Positions 35,606 to 48,106 of a stretch of 64,000 nt of DNA are shown one piece after another. Numbering within the stretch: position 1 is the stretch's first letter; every line of letters begins with the position of its first letter. The notes beneath the pieces were generated by a model, which had not been told where the DNA came from, searched no databases, and saw nothing but the letters and a program-made list of their open reading frames with translations. The position numbers were made by a program, and so were the translations under genes. This DNA is from Mobula hypostoma. Taxonomy: Eukaryota. Location of the stretch: positions 31,994,001 to 32,058,000 of the forward strand of contig NC_086109.1 in assembly GCF_963921235.1 (NCBI RefSeq), in the 5' to 3' direction.

Positions 35606-37489
35606 ATTCTCCATTAAGGGAATAATAGACGACTGCTTAAGAGAGCATCATACTTGACTTGAGTGATCGCACTACTTGAACTGGTGCCTTGGATGTATAG
35701 ATCCAAGGGTCATAGTCTCAAAATAAGAGGCTGGCCAGGACAGTGATAAGAGGAAGTGCATCAACTAAGAGGGTGGTAAATACTGAAATTCTCTTCTCAA
35801 GAGTGCTGTGAAGGATCAGTCCCTAAGTATACCTGTCATGGAGGTGGATGCGTTTTTAGATATAAAGAGAATCGCACAATATGGGAGTAATGCAAAAAAG
35901 TCGTGCTGGGTAAAAGACTAGACACAACCTTATAGAATGGTGGAGCATGCACAAAGAGTCAGATGGCCCTCTCCTGCCTCTATTTCTCATATTTTTGTGC
36001 TTTTAAAACATGATGAAATGAACAGAATTCCAGAGCAAAGTGAGAAAGACAGTCGCTGATATCAAGACAATATTCAACTGAGTAAAATTGAACTGATAGT
36101 GAAAGTAATACCAACTGTGGGAAGAACATTTCTGCCACGCCCCCACAAGTAAGTCTCAGACATTATACAGACCTAACAGGCAACTGTTACCTTTGCTCCA
36201 TGCTGAAGAATTTAGTTCGCTGAGTACCTAAAGCTTTGGATAATGTTTGATATGAAATGAGGATCTTGAAGTCAATTTGCAAGGAATCAGGGAAGCTATG
36301 AACGTGAACGTTTTTGTATTCATAGAGGGTTTGATTTTACAGTTCTGAGTTAGTTCAAGTCTGAGGAAGATGACACAGATTGGGAAAGTATTGGAGAAAT
36401 TGATCCTCTGTGGTTAAGACGTGGATACAGATCTCAACAGAGCAAAAGATAAGGAAGGATTGCAAGCGATAAATAGAAATAGAAGAAGATGAGCTTAGCA
36501 GCAAGTTAAATGCAGGCTGGAAAGCTCATCAATAAGTGGACTTTGTTAGAGACTATCTAGTTCAGTCTTAACAGACTCAGAGTTTGATGGAATTTATTCT
36601 AGCGATTTCCAGTCAGAGCCAAATAGAAATCAACAATTTTGCTGCCATTGAGCTATAGAGAATTTCAATTGTTTGGAAATATGACAGGAGCCCTGGATTT
36701 AGTGGTAGTGGTAGATAAGGGAAACTGGATGTTATCAGTGAAAGCTTAATAAGACTGGGCTGCTTCTTGACAAATACCATAATCAGTATTAAGAGACCAA
36801 AAGCAAAAAATAAGTCACTATCCTGACTTCAATGATCATAGTTCAAACTAAAATATGAAGGTGATAGCCATAGTTATAATTTAACAATAGCTTGTTTCTA
36901 TATAAAGCAATTATTTTATTATGCAACATGAGTAATAGGAGCCCTATAGGAAATGTCAGAAAAGGAAAAATTCAAAAGGAAATGTATTAGAAACAAACAT
37001 TAATGTAATTGATAATTATTTTCTGAAAGCTACTCAACCTGTAAAATTGCTGACATTTCTCAATGTTGAGTATTTATGAATTTTAGTTTACTTTCTATTT
37101 CATCTTATTTTTCTTAACAACATTTTCCTGATGTTAACTACAATGTGACATTGATGGCAAAGAAATTGCAGGCTAAAAATTACCAGGTGACTATATCAAA
37201 AGAGCTTTTAATAGACAAGCACAATCTGATCTGGGTACTGTCAATATGCAAACTTAAGTGCATATGGATGTTTTATATCTATTGAAAAAAAGGTTTTCAA
37301 TAGATTCTGATGGTATCAGATCTGTTGATCTGTGTTAATATTGTAAAACAGTAAAAAAAAATTAACATTGCAGATTTTCTGGTAAACGTACTACATCCTA
37401 GTACACCTTTGGCTATGCACTGTGGATCATAATTCACTCTGCTGGATAATTTATTCAAATGTTGACAATGAAACAACATCTTGGATTTG

Positions 37490-38170
37490 CACGTATGGGA
37501 TATTACACATTTCCTATCCATATGTCTCTGCAAATGTTTTTTTAAATTTTAATTGTACCTGTCTCTACCACCTCTCCTGGCAGCTTATTCTATATACCTA
37601 TCTCCATCTGTGCCTGTCCATCAGATCCCTGTTAACCCTTTGCACCCTCTCCTTAAACCTAAACCCTCTAGTTTTAGACTCTCTCCCCTATCTCACTCTT
37701 CCCCCAAGCCCTGCTGTGAAGGGGAGGTTTGGGCATGAGGCTAGCAACCCCATGCCATTAAAACCCAGAGCTACAGAAGCTCCAAGGACCTAATCTCTGG
37801 AAGAGGAAGGATATTAGGAAGACGGGTGACACATGGGGACGACTTAAAAGACTGGCCCAGAATGGGAGACTCTGCTTTCGGCGGCCTATGCCCCAGTAGG
37901 GGTGATGGCTTAGGAAGTAAGTATGTCACCGTTCCATCTCCTTTGCTGTAAGGAAATCAGTCCCATTCTACCCAATCTCTCCTTATAAGTCATTCCTTGT
38001 GAACCTTATCTGCACATTCTCTTGCTTAATCACATCCAAATTATAGTGTGGTGACCAGAACTGGACACAACACACCATGTGTAGTCTAATCAAAGTTTTG
38101 TACAACATGATGTCTCAACTCTTGTATTCAATGACACAGGCAATAGAAGCCTTCTTCACCATCCTGTCTT
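37490..38170 (-). mobile_element. CR1 3' fragment, interrupted at 37690-37925
   Basis: CCTCTAGTTTTAGACTC..GGTGACCAGAACTGGACACAA. Confidence 0.65.
37690..37925 (+). mobile_element. Short RTE-derived SINE-like element
   Basis: GGTTTGGGCATGAGGCTAGCAACCCC (RTE 5'-like) joined to GGCGGCCTATGCCCCAGTAGGGGTGATGG..AAGTAAGT (RTE 3'-like). Confidence 0.45.
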
Positions 38171-38335
38171 TGTTATCTAGAGTGCTAGATCTGAAAAGCA
38201 GAAAGTTGTTACTTGTAACGGTTTTGATTGGACCACAGAGGATAAAGCAAACTTGAGGTCTCCATGGGCATGAATACACCGAAGAGGTTCTTAAACAAAC
38301 TTACAAAGTTTAACCCAAACAGGAAGTTTATAACT

Positions 38336-38550
38336 TACGTTTTGTACTTCCAAAGCATAAAGCTAACTGAAAGAGACCATAATGCATGTGCTTAGTATCA
38401 TTTTTACTTTTAGTGAGGTGCACGCATATGACATGGTGGCATAATGACATATGCCATTTACAAACTTTTAAATATAAATCATAATGAATTATGTAAAGAA
38501 CAAAGAATGCTTAATCAAACAATATATTTACATTATTACTTAAATATTAG
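38336..38550 (-). mobile_element. Solo LTR of the Gypsy family at 32630-35605
   Basis: TTAGTGAGG..GGTGGCATAATGACATATGCCATT..AATGAATTATGTAAA..TAATCAAACAATATATTTACA matches 35371-35605. Confidence 0.85.
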
Positions 38551-38551
38551 T

Positions 38552-38812
38552 TGAGTGTTATCCGTCTGTCTCAAAGGACAATGGGTGATGATGATCATCA
38601 TCACAAGCCTGGGCGGAAGGTATGGAGACCCTGAGATGCCCAGTCATCACGATCCCCCTCTCGGCCTCACCAGTGTAGTCCAAAGGAAATCTTATGAAGC
38701 AATACATTTGACACCAGCTCGGCTGCAGGAGCTGCTGGAAGGATGTTTAATGATGTCAAGACACCTTAGGGGCTCCACTCCGGATTTGCTGTCTGGGTTT
38801 ACTCCAGTAGAC
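38552..38812 (-). mobile_element. Non-LTR (probably RTE-related) 3' fragment
   Basis: Truncates the solo LTR; minus-strand end TCATCATCACCCATTGTCC..AGACAGACGGATAAC. Confidence 0.35.
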
Positions 38813-39680
38813 TTTATAGACCATAGAACCATCGAACGTTACAGCACAGAAACAGGCCTTTTGGCCCTTCTTGGCTGTGCATAACCATTTTTCTGCCTAG
38901 TCCCACTGACCTGCACCAGGACCATATCCCTCCATACACCTCTCATCCATGTACCTGCCCAAGTTTTTCTTAAATGTTAAAAGTGAGCCCGCATTTACCA
39001 CTTCATCTGGCAGCTCATTCCATACTCCCACCACTCTCTGTGTGAAGAAGCCCCCACCCCATGTTCCCTTTAAACTTTTCCTCCTTCACCCTTAACCCAT
39101 GTCCTCTGTTTTTTTTTTCTCCCCTAGCCTCAGTGGAGAAAGCCTGCTTGCATTCACTCTATCTGTACCCATCATAATTTTATATACCTCTACCAAATCT
39201 TCCCTCATTCTTCTACGCTCCAGGGAATAAAGTCCTAACCTATTCAACCTTTCTCTGTAACTGAGTTTCTCAAGTCCCGGCAACATCCTTGTAAACCTTC
39301 TCTGCACTCTTTCAACCTTATTAATATCCTTCCTGTAATTTGGTGACCAAAACTGCACACAATACTCCAAATTCAGCCTAACCAATGCCTTATACAACCT
39401 CACCATAACATTTCAAGTCTCATACTCTATACTTTGATTCATAAAAGCCAATGTACCAAAAGCTCTCTTTACGACCTTATCTACCTGTGACACCACTTTT
39501 AGGGAATTTTGTATCTGTACTCCCAGATCCTTCTGTTCTACTGCACTCCTCAGTGCCTTACCATTTACCTTGTGTGTTCTATCTTGGTTTGTCCTTCCAA
39601 AGTGCAATACCTCACACTTGTCTGTATTAAACTCCATCCGCCATTTTTCAGCCTATTTTTCCAGCTGGTCCTAATCCTTT
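38813..39680 (-). mobile_element. CR1 LINE 3' part
   Basis: ORFs 39413-39637 (MEFNTDKCEVLHFGRTNQ) and 39092-39406 (LEYCVQFWSPNYRKD); 3'UTR and tail. Confidence 0.93.
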
Positions 39681-39904
39681 AAAAGACCAACATTCAACCA
39701 TATGGGTTTCACAACAGTTAGAATATCATGTACATACACTTGGTCAAACACACACACATCACACACAGTGCACAAACAAATACATACAAAGAGCGTTATC
39801 CTTAACATCCAAACAAATCCAAATAGTTAGAACTGAAACAGGTATTGCATAACACTTATCCAGGAAATACAGAGGACAGATCCAGAACAGACACTCATCA
39901 ATCA

Positions 39905-40110
39905 TCATAAAATTTGATGACCCTGAAACAGCTGCTGTTGTAATAGTGAAGAGGTTTATCATGATTTACAGAGGCATCAGGATCAGCTGTGGAAGTGGCT
40001 GAGGAAGAGTAAAAGAAGATTAATTTGGATGTGTGAACAGATGCATTCTGGGAAAACAAATCAGTACAGGACTTTAACATGAAATGGTCAGGCCCTAAGG
40101 AATATGAGTG
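39905..40110 (+). mobile_element. Decayed CR1 RT fragment leading into the minisatellite
   Basis: NSEEVYHDLQRHQDQLWKW.. then MHSGKTNQYRTLT*NGQALRNMSEE (from 40041), compared with CR1 LHFGRTNQDRTHKVNGKALRSAVEQ. Confidence 0.75.
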
Positions 40111-43100
40111 AGGAATATTTCACTGGGATTTGTCAGACCCTGGCGAGTGTGGGTGAGGAATATTTCACTGGGATTTGTCAGACCCTGGCGAGTGTGGGTG
40201 AGGAATGTTTCACTGGGAATGGTCAGACCCTGGCGAGTGTGGGTGAGGAATGTTTCACAGAGAATGGTCAGACCCTGGCGAGTGTGGGTGAGGAATGTTT
40301 CACAGGGAATGGTCAGACCCTGAGGAGTGTGGGTGAGGAATGTTTCACAGGGAATGGTCAGACCCTGGGGAGTGTGGGTGAGGAATGTTTCACTGGGATT
40401 TGTCAGACCCTGGGGAGTGTGGGTGAGGAATGTTTCACTGGGATTTGTCAGACCCTGGGGAGTGTGGGTGAGGAATGTTTCACAGGGAATGGTCAGACCC
40501 TGGCGAGTGTGGGTGAGGAATGTTTCACAGAGAATGGTCAGACCCTGGCGAGTGTGGGTGAGGAATGTTTCACAGAGAATGGTCAGACCCTGAGGAGTGT
40601 GAGTGAGGAATGTTTCACTGGGATTTGTCAGACCCTGGCGAGTGTGGGTGAGGAATGTTTCACAGGGAATGGTCAGACCCTGGCGAGTGTGGGTGAGGAA
40701 TGTTTCACAGGGATTTGTCAGACCCTGGGGAGTGTGGGTGAGGAATGTTTCACAGAGAATGGTCAGACCCTGAGGAGTGTGAGTGAGGAATGTTTCACTG
40801 GGATTTGTCAGACCCTGGCGAGTGTGGGTGAGGAATGTTTCACAGGGAATGGTCAGACCCTGGCGAGTGTGGGTGAGGAATGTTTCACAGGGAATGGTCA
40901 GACCCTGGCGAGTGTGGGTGAGGAATGTTTCACAGGGAATGGTCAGACCCTGAGGAGTGTGGGTGAGGAATGTTTCACAGGGAATGGTCAGACCCTGGCG
41001 AGTGTGGGTGAGGAATGTTTCACAGAGAATGGTCAGACCCCTGAGGAGTGTGAGTGAGGAATGTTTCACTGGGATTTGTCAGACCCTGGCGAGTGTGGGT
41101 GAGGAATGTTTCACAGGGAATGGTCAGACCCTGGCGAGTGTGGGTGAGGAATGTTTCACAGGGATTTGTCAGACCCTGGGGAGTGTGGGTGAGGAATGTT
41201 TCACAGAGAATGGTCAGACCCTGAGGAGTGTGAGTGAGGAATGTTTCACTGGGATTTGTCAGACCCTGGCGAGTGTGGGTGAGGAATGTTTCACAGGGAA
41301 TGGTCAGACCCTGGCGAGTGTGGGTGAGGAATGTTTCACAGGGAATGGTCAGACCCTGGCGAGTGTGGGTGAGGAATGTTTCACAGGGAATGGTCAGACC
41401 CTGAGGAGTGTGGGTGAGGAATGTTTCACAGGGAATGGTCAGGCCCTAAGGAATATGAGTGAGGAATGTTTCACTGGGATTTGTCAGACCCTGGCGAGTG
41501 TGAGTGAGGAATGTTTCACAGGGAATGGTCAGACCCTGGCGAGTGTGGGTGAGGAATGTTTCACAGAGAATGGTCAGACCCTGGCGAGTGTGGGTGAGGA
41601 ATGTTTCACAGGGAATGGTCAGACCCTGAGGAGTGTGGGTGAGGAATGTTTCACAGAGAATGGTCAGACCCTGGCGAGTGTGGGTGAGGAATGTTTCACA
41701 GGGAATGGTCAGACCCTGGGGAGTGTGGGTGAGGAATGTTTCACTGGGATTTGTCAGACCCTGGCGAGTGTGAGTGAGGAATGTTTCACAGGGAATGGTC
41801 AGACCCTGGCGAGTGTGGGTGAGGAATGTTTCACAGGGAATGGTCAGGCCCTAAGGAATATGAGTGAGGAATGTTTCACTGGGATTTGTCAGACCCTGGC
41901 GAGTGTGAGTGAGGAATGTTTCACAGGGAATGGTCAGACCCTGGCGAGTGTGGGTGAGGAATGTTTCACAGGGAATGGTCAGACCCTGAGGAGTGTGGGT
42001 GAGGAATGTTTCACAGGGAATGGTCAGACCCTGGGGAGTGTGGGTGAGGAATGTTTCACTGGGATTTGTCAGACCCTGGCGAGTGTGGGTGAGGAATGTT
42101 TCACAGAGAATGGTCAGACCCTGGCGAGTGTGGGTGAGGAATGTTTCACAGAGAATGGTCAGACCCTGAGGAGTGTGAGTGAGGAATGTTTCACTGGGAT
42201 TTGTCAGACCCTGGCGAGTGTGGGTGAGGAATGTTTCACAGGGAATGGTCAGACCCTGGCGAGTGTGGGTGAGGAATGTTTCACAGGGATTTGTCAGACC
42301 CTGGGGAGTGTGGGTGAGGAATGTTTCACAGAGAATGGTCAGACCCTGAGGAGTGTGAGTGAGGAATGTTTCACTGGGATTTGTCAGACCCTGGCGAGTG
42401 TGGGTGAGGAATGTTTCACAGGGAATGGTCAGACCCTGGCGAGTGTGGGTGAGGAATGTTTCACAGGGAATGGTCAGACCCTGGCGAGTGTGGGTGAGGA
42501 ATGTTTCACAGGGAATGGTCAGACCCTGAGGAGTGTGGGTGAGGAATGTTTCACAGGGAATGGTCAGACCCTGGCGAGTGTGGGTGAGGAATGTTTCACA
42601 GAGAATGGTCAGACCCTGAGGAGTGTGAGTGAGGAATGTTTCACTGGGATTTGTCAGACCCTGGCGAGTGTGGGTGAGGAATGTTTCACAGGGAATGGTC
42701 AGACCCTGGCGAGTGTGGGTGAGGAATGTTTCACAGGGATTTGTCAGACCCTGGGGAGTGTGGGTGAGGAATGTTTCACAGAGAATGGTCAGACCCTGAG
42801 GAGTGTGAGTGAGGAATGTTTCACTGGGATTTGTCAGACCCTGGCGAGTGTGGGTGAGGAATGTTTCACAGGGAATGGTCAGACCCTGGGGAGTGTGGGT
42901 GAGGAATGTTTCACAGGGAATGGTCAGGCCCTAAGGAATATGAGTGAGGAATGTTTCACTGGGATTTGTCAGACCCTGGCGAGTGTGGGTGAGGAATGTT
43001 TCACAGGGAATGGTCAGACCCTGGGGAGTGTGAGTGAGGAATGTTTCACTGGGATTTGTCAGACCCTGAGGAGTGTGGGTGAGGAGTGTTTCACAGGGAA

Positions 43101-46100
43101 TGGTCAGACCCTGGGGAGTGTGGGTGAGGAATGTTTCACTGGGATTTGTCAGACCCTGAGGAGTGTGGGTGAGGAATGTTTCACAGGGAATGGTCAGACC
43201 CTGAGGAGTGTGGGTGAGGAATGTTTCACAGGGAATGGTCAGACCCTGGGGAGTGTGGGTGAGGAATGTTTCACAGGGAATGGTCAGACCCTGGGGAGTG
43301 TGAGTGAGGAATGTTTCACTGGGATTTGTCAGACCCTGAGGAGTGTGGGTGAGGAATGTTTCACAGGGAATGGTCAGACCCTGGGGAGTGTGGGTGAGGA
43401 ATGTTTCACAGGGAATGGTCAGACCCTGGGGAGTGTGGGTGAGGAATGTTTCACAGGGAATGGTCAGACCCTGGCGAGTGTGGGTGAGGAATGTTTCACA
43501 GAGAATGGTCAGACCCTGAGGAGTGTGGGTGAGGAATGTTTCACAGGGAATGGTCAGACCCTGGCGAGTGTGGGTGAGGAATGTTTCACAGAGAATGGTC
43601 AGACCCTGAGGAGTGTGGGTGAGGAATGTTTCACAGGGAATGGTCAGACCCTGGGGAGTGTGGGTGAGGAGTGTTTCACAGGGAATGGTCAGACCCTGGC
43701 GAGTGTGGGTGAGGAATGTTTCACAGGGAATGGTCAGACCCTGGCGAGTGTGGGTGAGGAATGTTTCACAGGGAATGGTCAGACCCTGGCGAGTGTGGGT
43801 GAGGAATGTTTCACAGGGAATGGTCAGACCCTGGGGAGTGTGGGTGAGGAATGTTTCACAGGGAATGGTCAGGCCCTAAGGAATATGAGTGAGGAATGTT
43901 TCACTGGGATTTGTCAGACCCTGGGGAGTGTGGGTGAGGAATGTTTCACAGGGAATGGTCAGACCCTGGCGAGTGTGGGTGAGGAATGTTTCACAGGGAA
44001 TGGTCAGACCCTGGCGAGTGTGGGTGAGGAATGTTTCACAGGGAATGGTCAGACCCTGGCGAGTGTGGGTGAGGAATGTTTCACAGGGAATGGTCAGACC
44101 CTGGCGAGTGTGGGTGAGGAATGTTTCACAGGGAATGGTCAGACCCTGGGGAGTGTGGGTGAGGAATGTTTCACAGGGAATGGTCAGACCCTGGCGAGTG
44201 TGGGTGAGGAATGTTTCACAGGGAATGGTCAGACCCTGGGGAGTGTGGGTGAGGAATGTTTCACTGGGATTTGTCAGACCCTGGCGAGTGTGGGTGAGGA
44301 ATGTTTCACAGGGAATGGTCAGACCCTGAGGAGTGTGTGTGAGGAATGTTTCACAGAGAATGGTCAGACCCTGGGGAGTGTGGGTGAGGAATGTTTCACA
44401 GAGAATGGTCAGACCCTGAGGAGTGTGAGTGAGGAATGTTTCACTGGGATTTGTCAGACCCTGGCGAGTGTGGGTGAGGAATGTTTCACAGGGAATGGTC
44501 AGACCCTGAGGAGTGTGGGTGAGGAATGTTTCACAGGGAATGGTCAGACCCTGGGGAGTGTGGGTGAGGAATGTTTCACAGGGAATGGTCAGACCCTGAG
44601 GAGTGTGGGTGAGGAATGTTTCACAGGGAATGGTCAGACCCTGAGGAGTGTGGGTGAGGAATGTTTCACTGGGATTTGTCAGACGCTGAGGAGTGTGGGT
44701 GAGGAATGTTTCACAGAGAATGGTCAGACCCTGAGGAGTGTGAGTGAGGAATGTTTCACAGGGATTTGTCAGACCCTGAGGAGTGTGGGTGAGGAATGTT
44801 TCACAGGGAATGGTCAGACCCTGGGGAGTGTGGGTGAGGAATGTTTCACAGGGAATGGTCAGACCCTGGGGAGTGTGGGTGAGGAATGTTTCACTGGGAT
44901 TTGTCAGACCCTGGGGAGTGTGGGTGAGGAATGTTTCACAGGGAATGGTCAGACCCTGGGGAGTGTGGGTGAGGAGTGTTTCACAGGGAATGGTCAGACC
45001 CTGAGGAGTGTGGGTGAGGAATGTTTCACAGGGAATGGTCAGACCCTGAGGAGTGTGGGTGAGGAATGTTTCACAGGGAATGGTCAGACCCTGGGGAGTG
45101 TGGGTGAGGAATGTTTCACTGGGATTTGTCAGACCCTGGGGAGTGTGGGTGAGGAATGTTTCACAGGGAATGGTCAGACCCTGAGGAGTGTGGGTGAGGA
45201 ATGTTTCACAGGGAATGGTCAGACCCTGGGGAGTGTGGGTGAGGAATGTTTCACTGGGATTTGTCAGACCCTGAGGAGTGTGGGTGAGGAATGTTTCACA
45301 GGGAATGGTCAGACCCTGAGGAGTGTGGGTGAGGAATGTTTCACAGGGAATGGTCAGACCCTGGGGAGTGTGGGTGAGGAATGTTTCACAGGGAATGGTC
45401 AGACCCTGGGGAGTGTGAGTGAGGAATGTTTCACTGGGATTTGTCAGACCCTGGGGAGTGTGGGTGAGGAATGTTTCACAGGGAATGGTCAGACCCTGGG
45501 GAGTGTGGGTGAGGAATGTTTCACAGGGAATGGTCAGACCCTGGGGAGTGTGGGTGAGGAGTGTTTCACTGGGATTTGTCAGACCCTGAGGAGTGTGTGT
45601 GAGGAATGTTTCACAGGGAATGGTCAGACCCTGGGGAGTGTGGGTGAGGAATGTTTCACAGGGAATGGTCAGACCCTGGGGAGTGTGGGTGAGGAATGTT
45701 TCACAGGGAATGGTCAGACCCTGGGGAGTGTGGGTGAGGAATGTTTCACTGGGATTTGTCAGACGCTGAGGAGTGTGTGTGAGGAATGTTTCACAGAGAA
45801 TGGTCAGACCCTGAGGAGTGTGGGTGAGGAATGTTTCACAGGGAATGGTCAGACCCTGGGGAGTGTGGGTGAGGAATGTTTCACAGGGAATGGTCAGACC
45901 CTGAGGAATATGAGTGAGGAATGTTTCACAGGGAATGGTCAGACCCTGGCGAGTGTGGGTGAGGAATGTTTCACAGGGAATGGTCAGACCCTGGCGAGTG
46001 TGGGTGAGGAATGTTTCACAGGGAATGGTCAGACCCTGAGGAGTGTGGGTGAGGAATGTTTCACAGGGAATGGTCAGACCCTGGGGAGTGTGGGTGAGGA

Positions 46101-46588
46101 ATGTTTCACTGGGATTTGTCAGACCCTGAGGAGTGTGGGTGAGGAATGTTTCACAGGGAATGGTCAGGCCCTGGGGAGTGTGGGTGAGGAGTGTTTCACA
46201 GGGAATGGTCAGACCCTGGGGGAGTGTGAGTAGTGAGTGTTTCACAGGGAATGGTCAGGCCCTGGGGAGTGTGGGTGAGGAGTGTTTCATAGGGAATGGT
46301 CAGACCCTGGGGAGTGTGGGTGAGGAATATTTCACTGGGATTTGTCAGGCCCTGAGGTGTGTTTGCGAGGAATGTTTCACAGGGAATGGTCAGACCCTGG
46401 GGAGTGTGGGTGAGGAATGTTTCACTGGGATTTGTCAAACCCTGGGGAGTGTGGGTGAGGAATGTCGCACTGGGATTTGTCAGACCCTGGGAAGTGTGGG
46501 TGAGGAGTGTTTCACAGGGAACGGTCAGGCCCTGGGGAGTGTGGGTGAGGAGTGTTTCACAGGGAGTGGTCAGACCCTGGTGAGTGTG
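40082..46588. repeat. 45-bp minisatellite, ~145 units, consensus GAGGAATGTTTCACAGGGAATGGTCAGACCCTGGGGAGTGTGGGT
   Basis: Head-to-tail units with a small set of recurrent variants; 1-bp insertions near 41040 and 46221; degenerate right edge. Confidence 0.99.
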
Positions 46589-46589
46589 A

Positions 46590-46935
46590 ATAGTTGTCTC
46601 TCCTGGGGCTGCCCCCAAGGCAGTGGGGCTATTTACCCATAGCTGGGGATCTGGTTCATGAGCACCAGGACATGTCCTCACACTGGTGGGCCAGCGTGCT
46701 ACATGTGCAGGGGCCAGACCTCCTCCCAGCCTTCTGTCATTCAATCTGGGGCAGAAAAGAGTTCGGCTTCCTTGAGTCGCCAGTGAGGAAGCACTACATG
46801 AAGCTTGCTGTTGGAGTGGCAATGTACTGGCAGGGAGAGACCTACACATTCAGCTCTCCTTTTCATAAGACTGCTAGCCAGCAGTGGAAGCTGAAAGTGA
46901 GAGCGACAAGCACTGCCCACCACACTACCACACTA
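46590..46935 (-). mobile_element. Probable retroposon 5' fragment (RTE-like 5'UTR) truncating the array
   Basis: Abrupt GC-richer block; minus strand GGGTAAATAGCCCCACTGCCTTG. Confidence 0.3.
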
Positions 46936-46987
46936 GACACAATACAACAACCATTTTCACACCACCAATCAAATTTTAGTGAAATAT

Positions 46988-47500
46988 CTTTCTTTTCAAA
47001 TTTTTTTATTACTATTATTATCCACAATTAACATGGGTACGTCGAAGTAAGCAACACTTACAATGTCTCAAGAAAAAAAAACATTATTTGAAAGATTGGA
47101 AAAATTTTGATAATAAAAAAACCCCTACTAAGAAAGAAAAAGTGGGAAAAAAACCCCATTAAGTGTTCAACCCTGGAGCCATGCATCATACAAAAAGCTT
47201 CTAAAGATAAACATCAAACTGCCAGCAAGAAAAAAGATGTACCAAAAATTTACACTTAGATCATGGAGGAAATCTATCAATTAACTCAAATGATAATAAC
47301 GAGTAAATGAACCCTATCTTTTCTCAAAATCAAACATAGGTTCAAAGGTTCGACTTCTAACTTTCTCCAAACTAAGACATAGCATCATTTGAGAGAACCG
47401 TTGTGACAAAGTGGGAGCCGATGTATCCTTCCACTTCAACAAAATGGCCCTCCTAGCCATGGTATTTAGTGAAATATCAAATACACCAAAAATAACCATC
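46988..47500 (-). mobile_element. L1-clade LINE 3' end
   Basis: ARRAILLKWKDTSAPTLSQ..MMLCLSLEKVR resembles the fish-type L1 ORF2 C-terminus; T-rich 3'UTR and A-rich tail. Confidence 0.8.
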
Positions 47501-48106
47501 AGGGAACATTGAACAAAATGGTTTTCTTATTGCGGGACAATGTTGTGTTGGTGTTGATCTTTCAGGTTGTGAAACTGTTTCCTTTAGAAAGCTTCATTCC
47601 ACACATTTCCACTTTAACCACAGCTGCATACAATCTATTTCTACTCCCACCACAATATCCACAAGCAGTGCTGTCCTAGTAATCCCACCATATCATTCTT
47701 GTCACCCAGACACTTAACTCATTCATATTTTCTTTCTTCCCTTGTTTGGTCTTTTCCAATTTAGAACCATAATATTTGGAAACTCTCTGCCACTGATATA
47801 TTTTCTGTTTACTACAATGGATACCCAACCCTTCCACACCAGAGTGTCCTGAAGCCCTTTCACTTCTTTCTTGAATATGGCCCTATTGCCACAACCTTCT
47901 GTTAACCAGCTAAACATATTCTTACATTGAAGATATTCTCTTATGACATGGTCCCCTTTTCCAACCTCCATTTCAGGGGAAAGATTAACAAATAATGTCC
48001 ATTACTTGACTGCAGACATCCAAGCTCTTTAATTTCCACCCTCACCCACCCTATACTTAGTGAAAATGCTGAGAATTCCCAACATTTTCTATCTCTGCCC
48101 TGAGAG

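Larger units (their letters stand above)
31990..36000 (+). mobile_element. Old CR1 3' fragment split by a ~3.3-kb nested insertion stack
   Basis: CR1-like sequence stops at ~32413 (..GAGTTGTCTGG) and resumes at ~35700 (AGGGTCATAGTCTCAAAATAAG..CCTCTCCTGCCTCTATTTCTC). Confidence 0.6.

Noticed and set aside
40082..46588. CRISPR-like array or real 1758-aa repeat protein gene
   Set aside because: No unique spacers and no cas genes, in a eukaryotic context. The ORF lacks any non-repeat domain and follows automatically from a stop-free 45-bp unit.
47670..48100. Old PLE endonuclease remnant
   Set aside because: Similarity too degraded to support by eye
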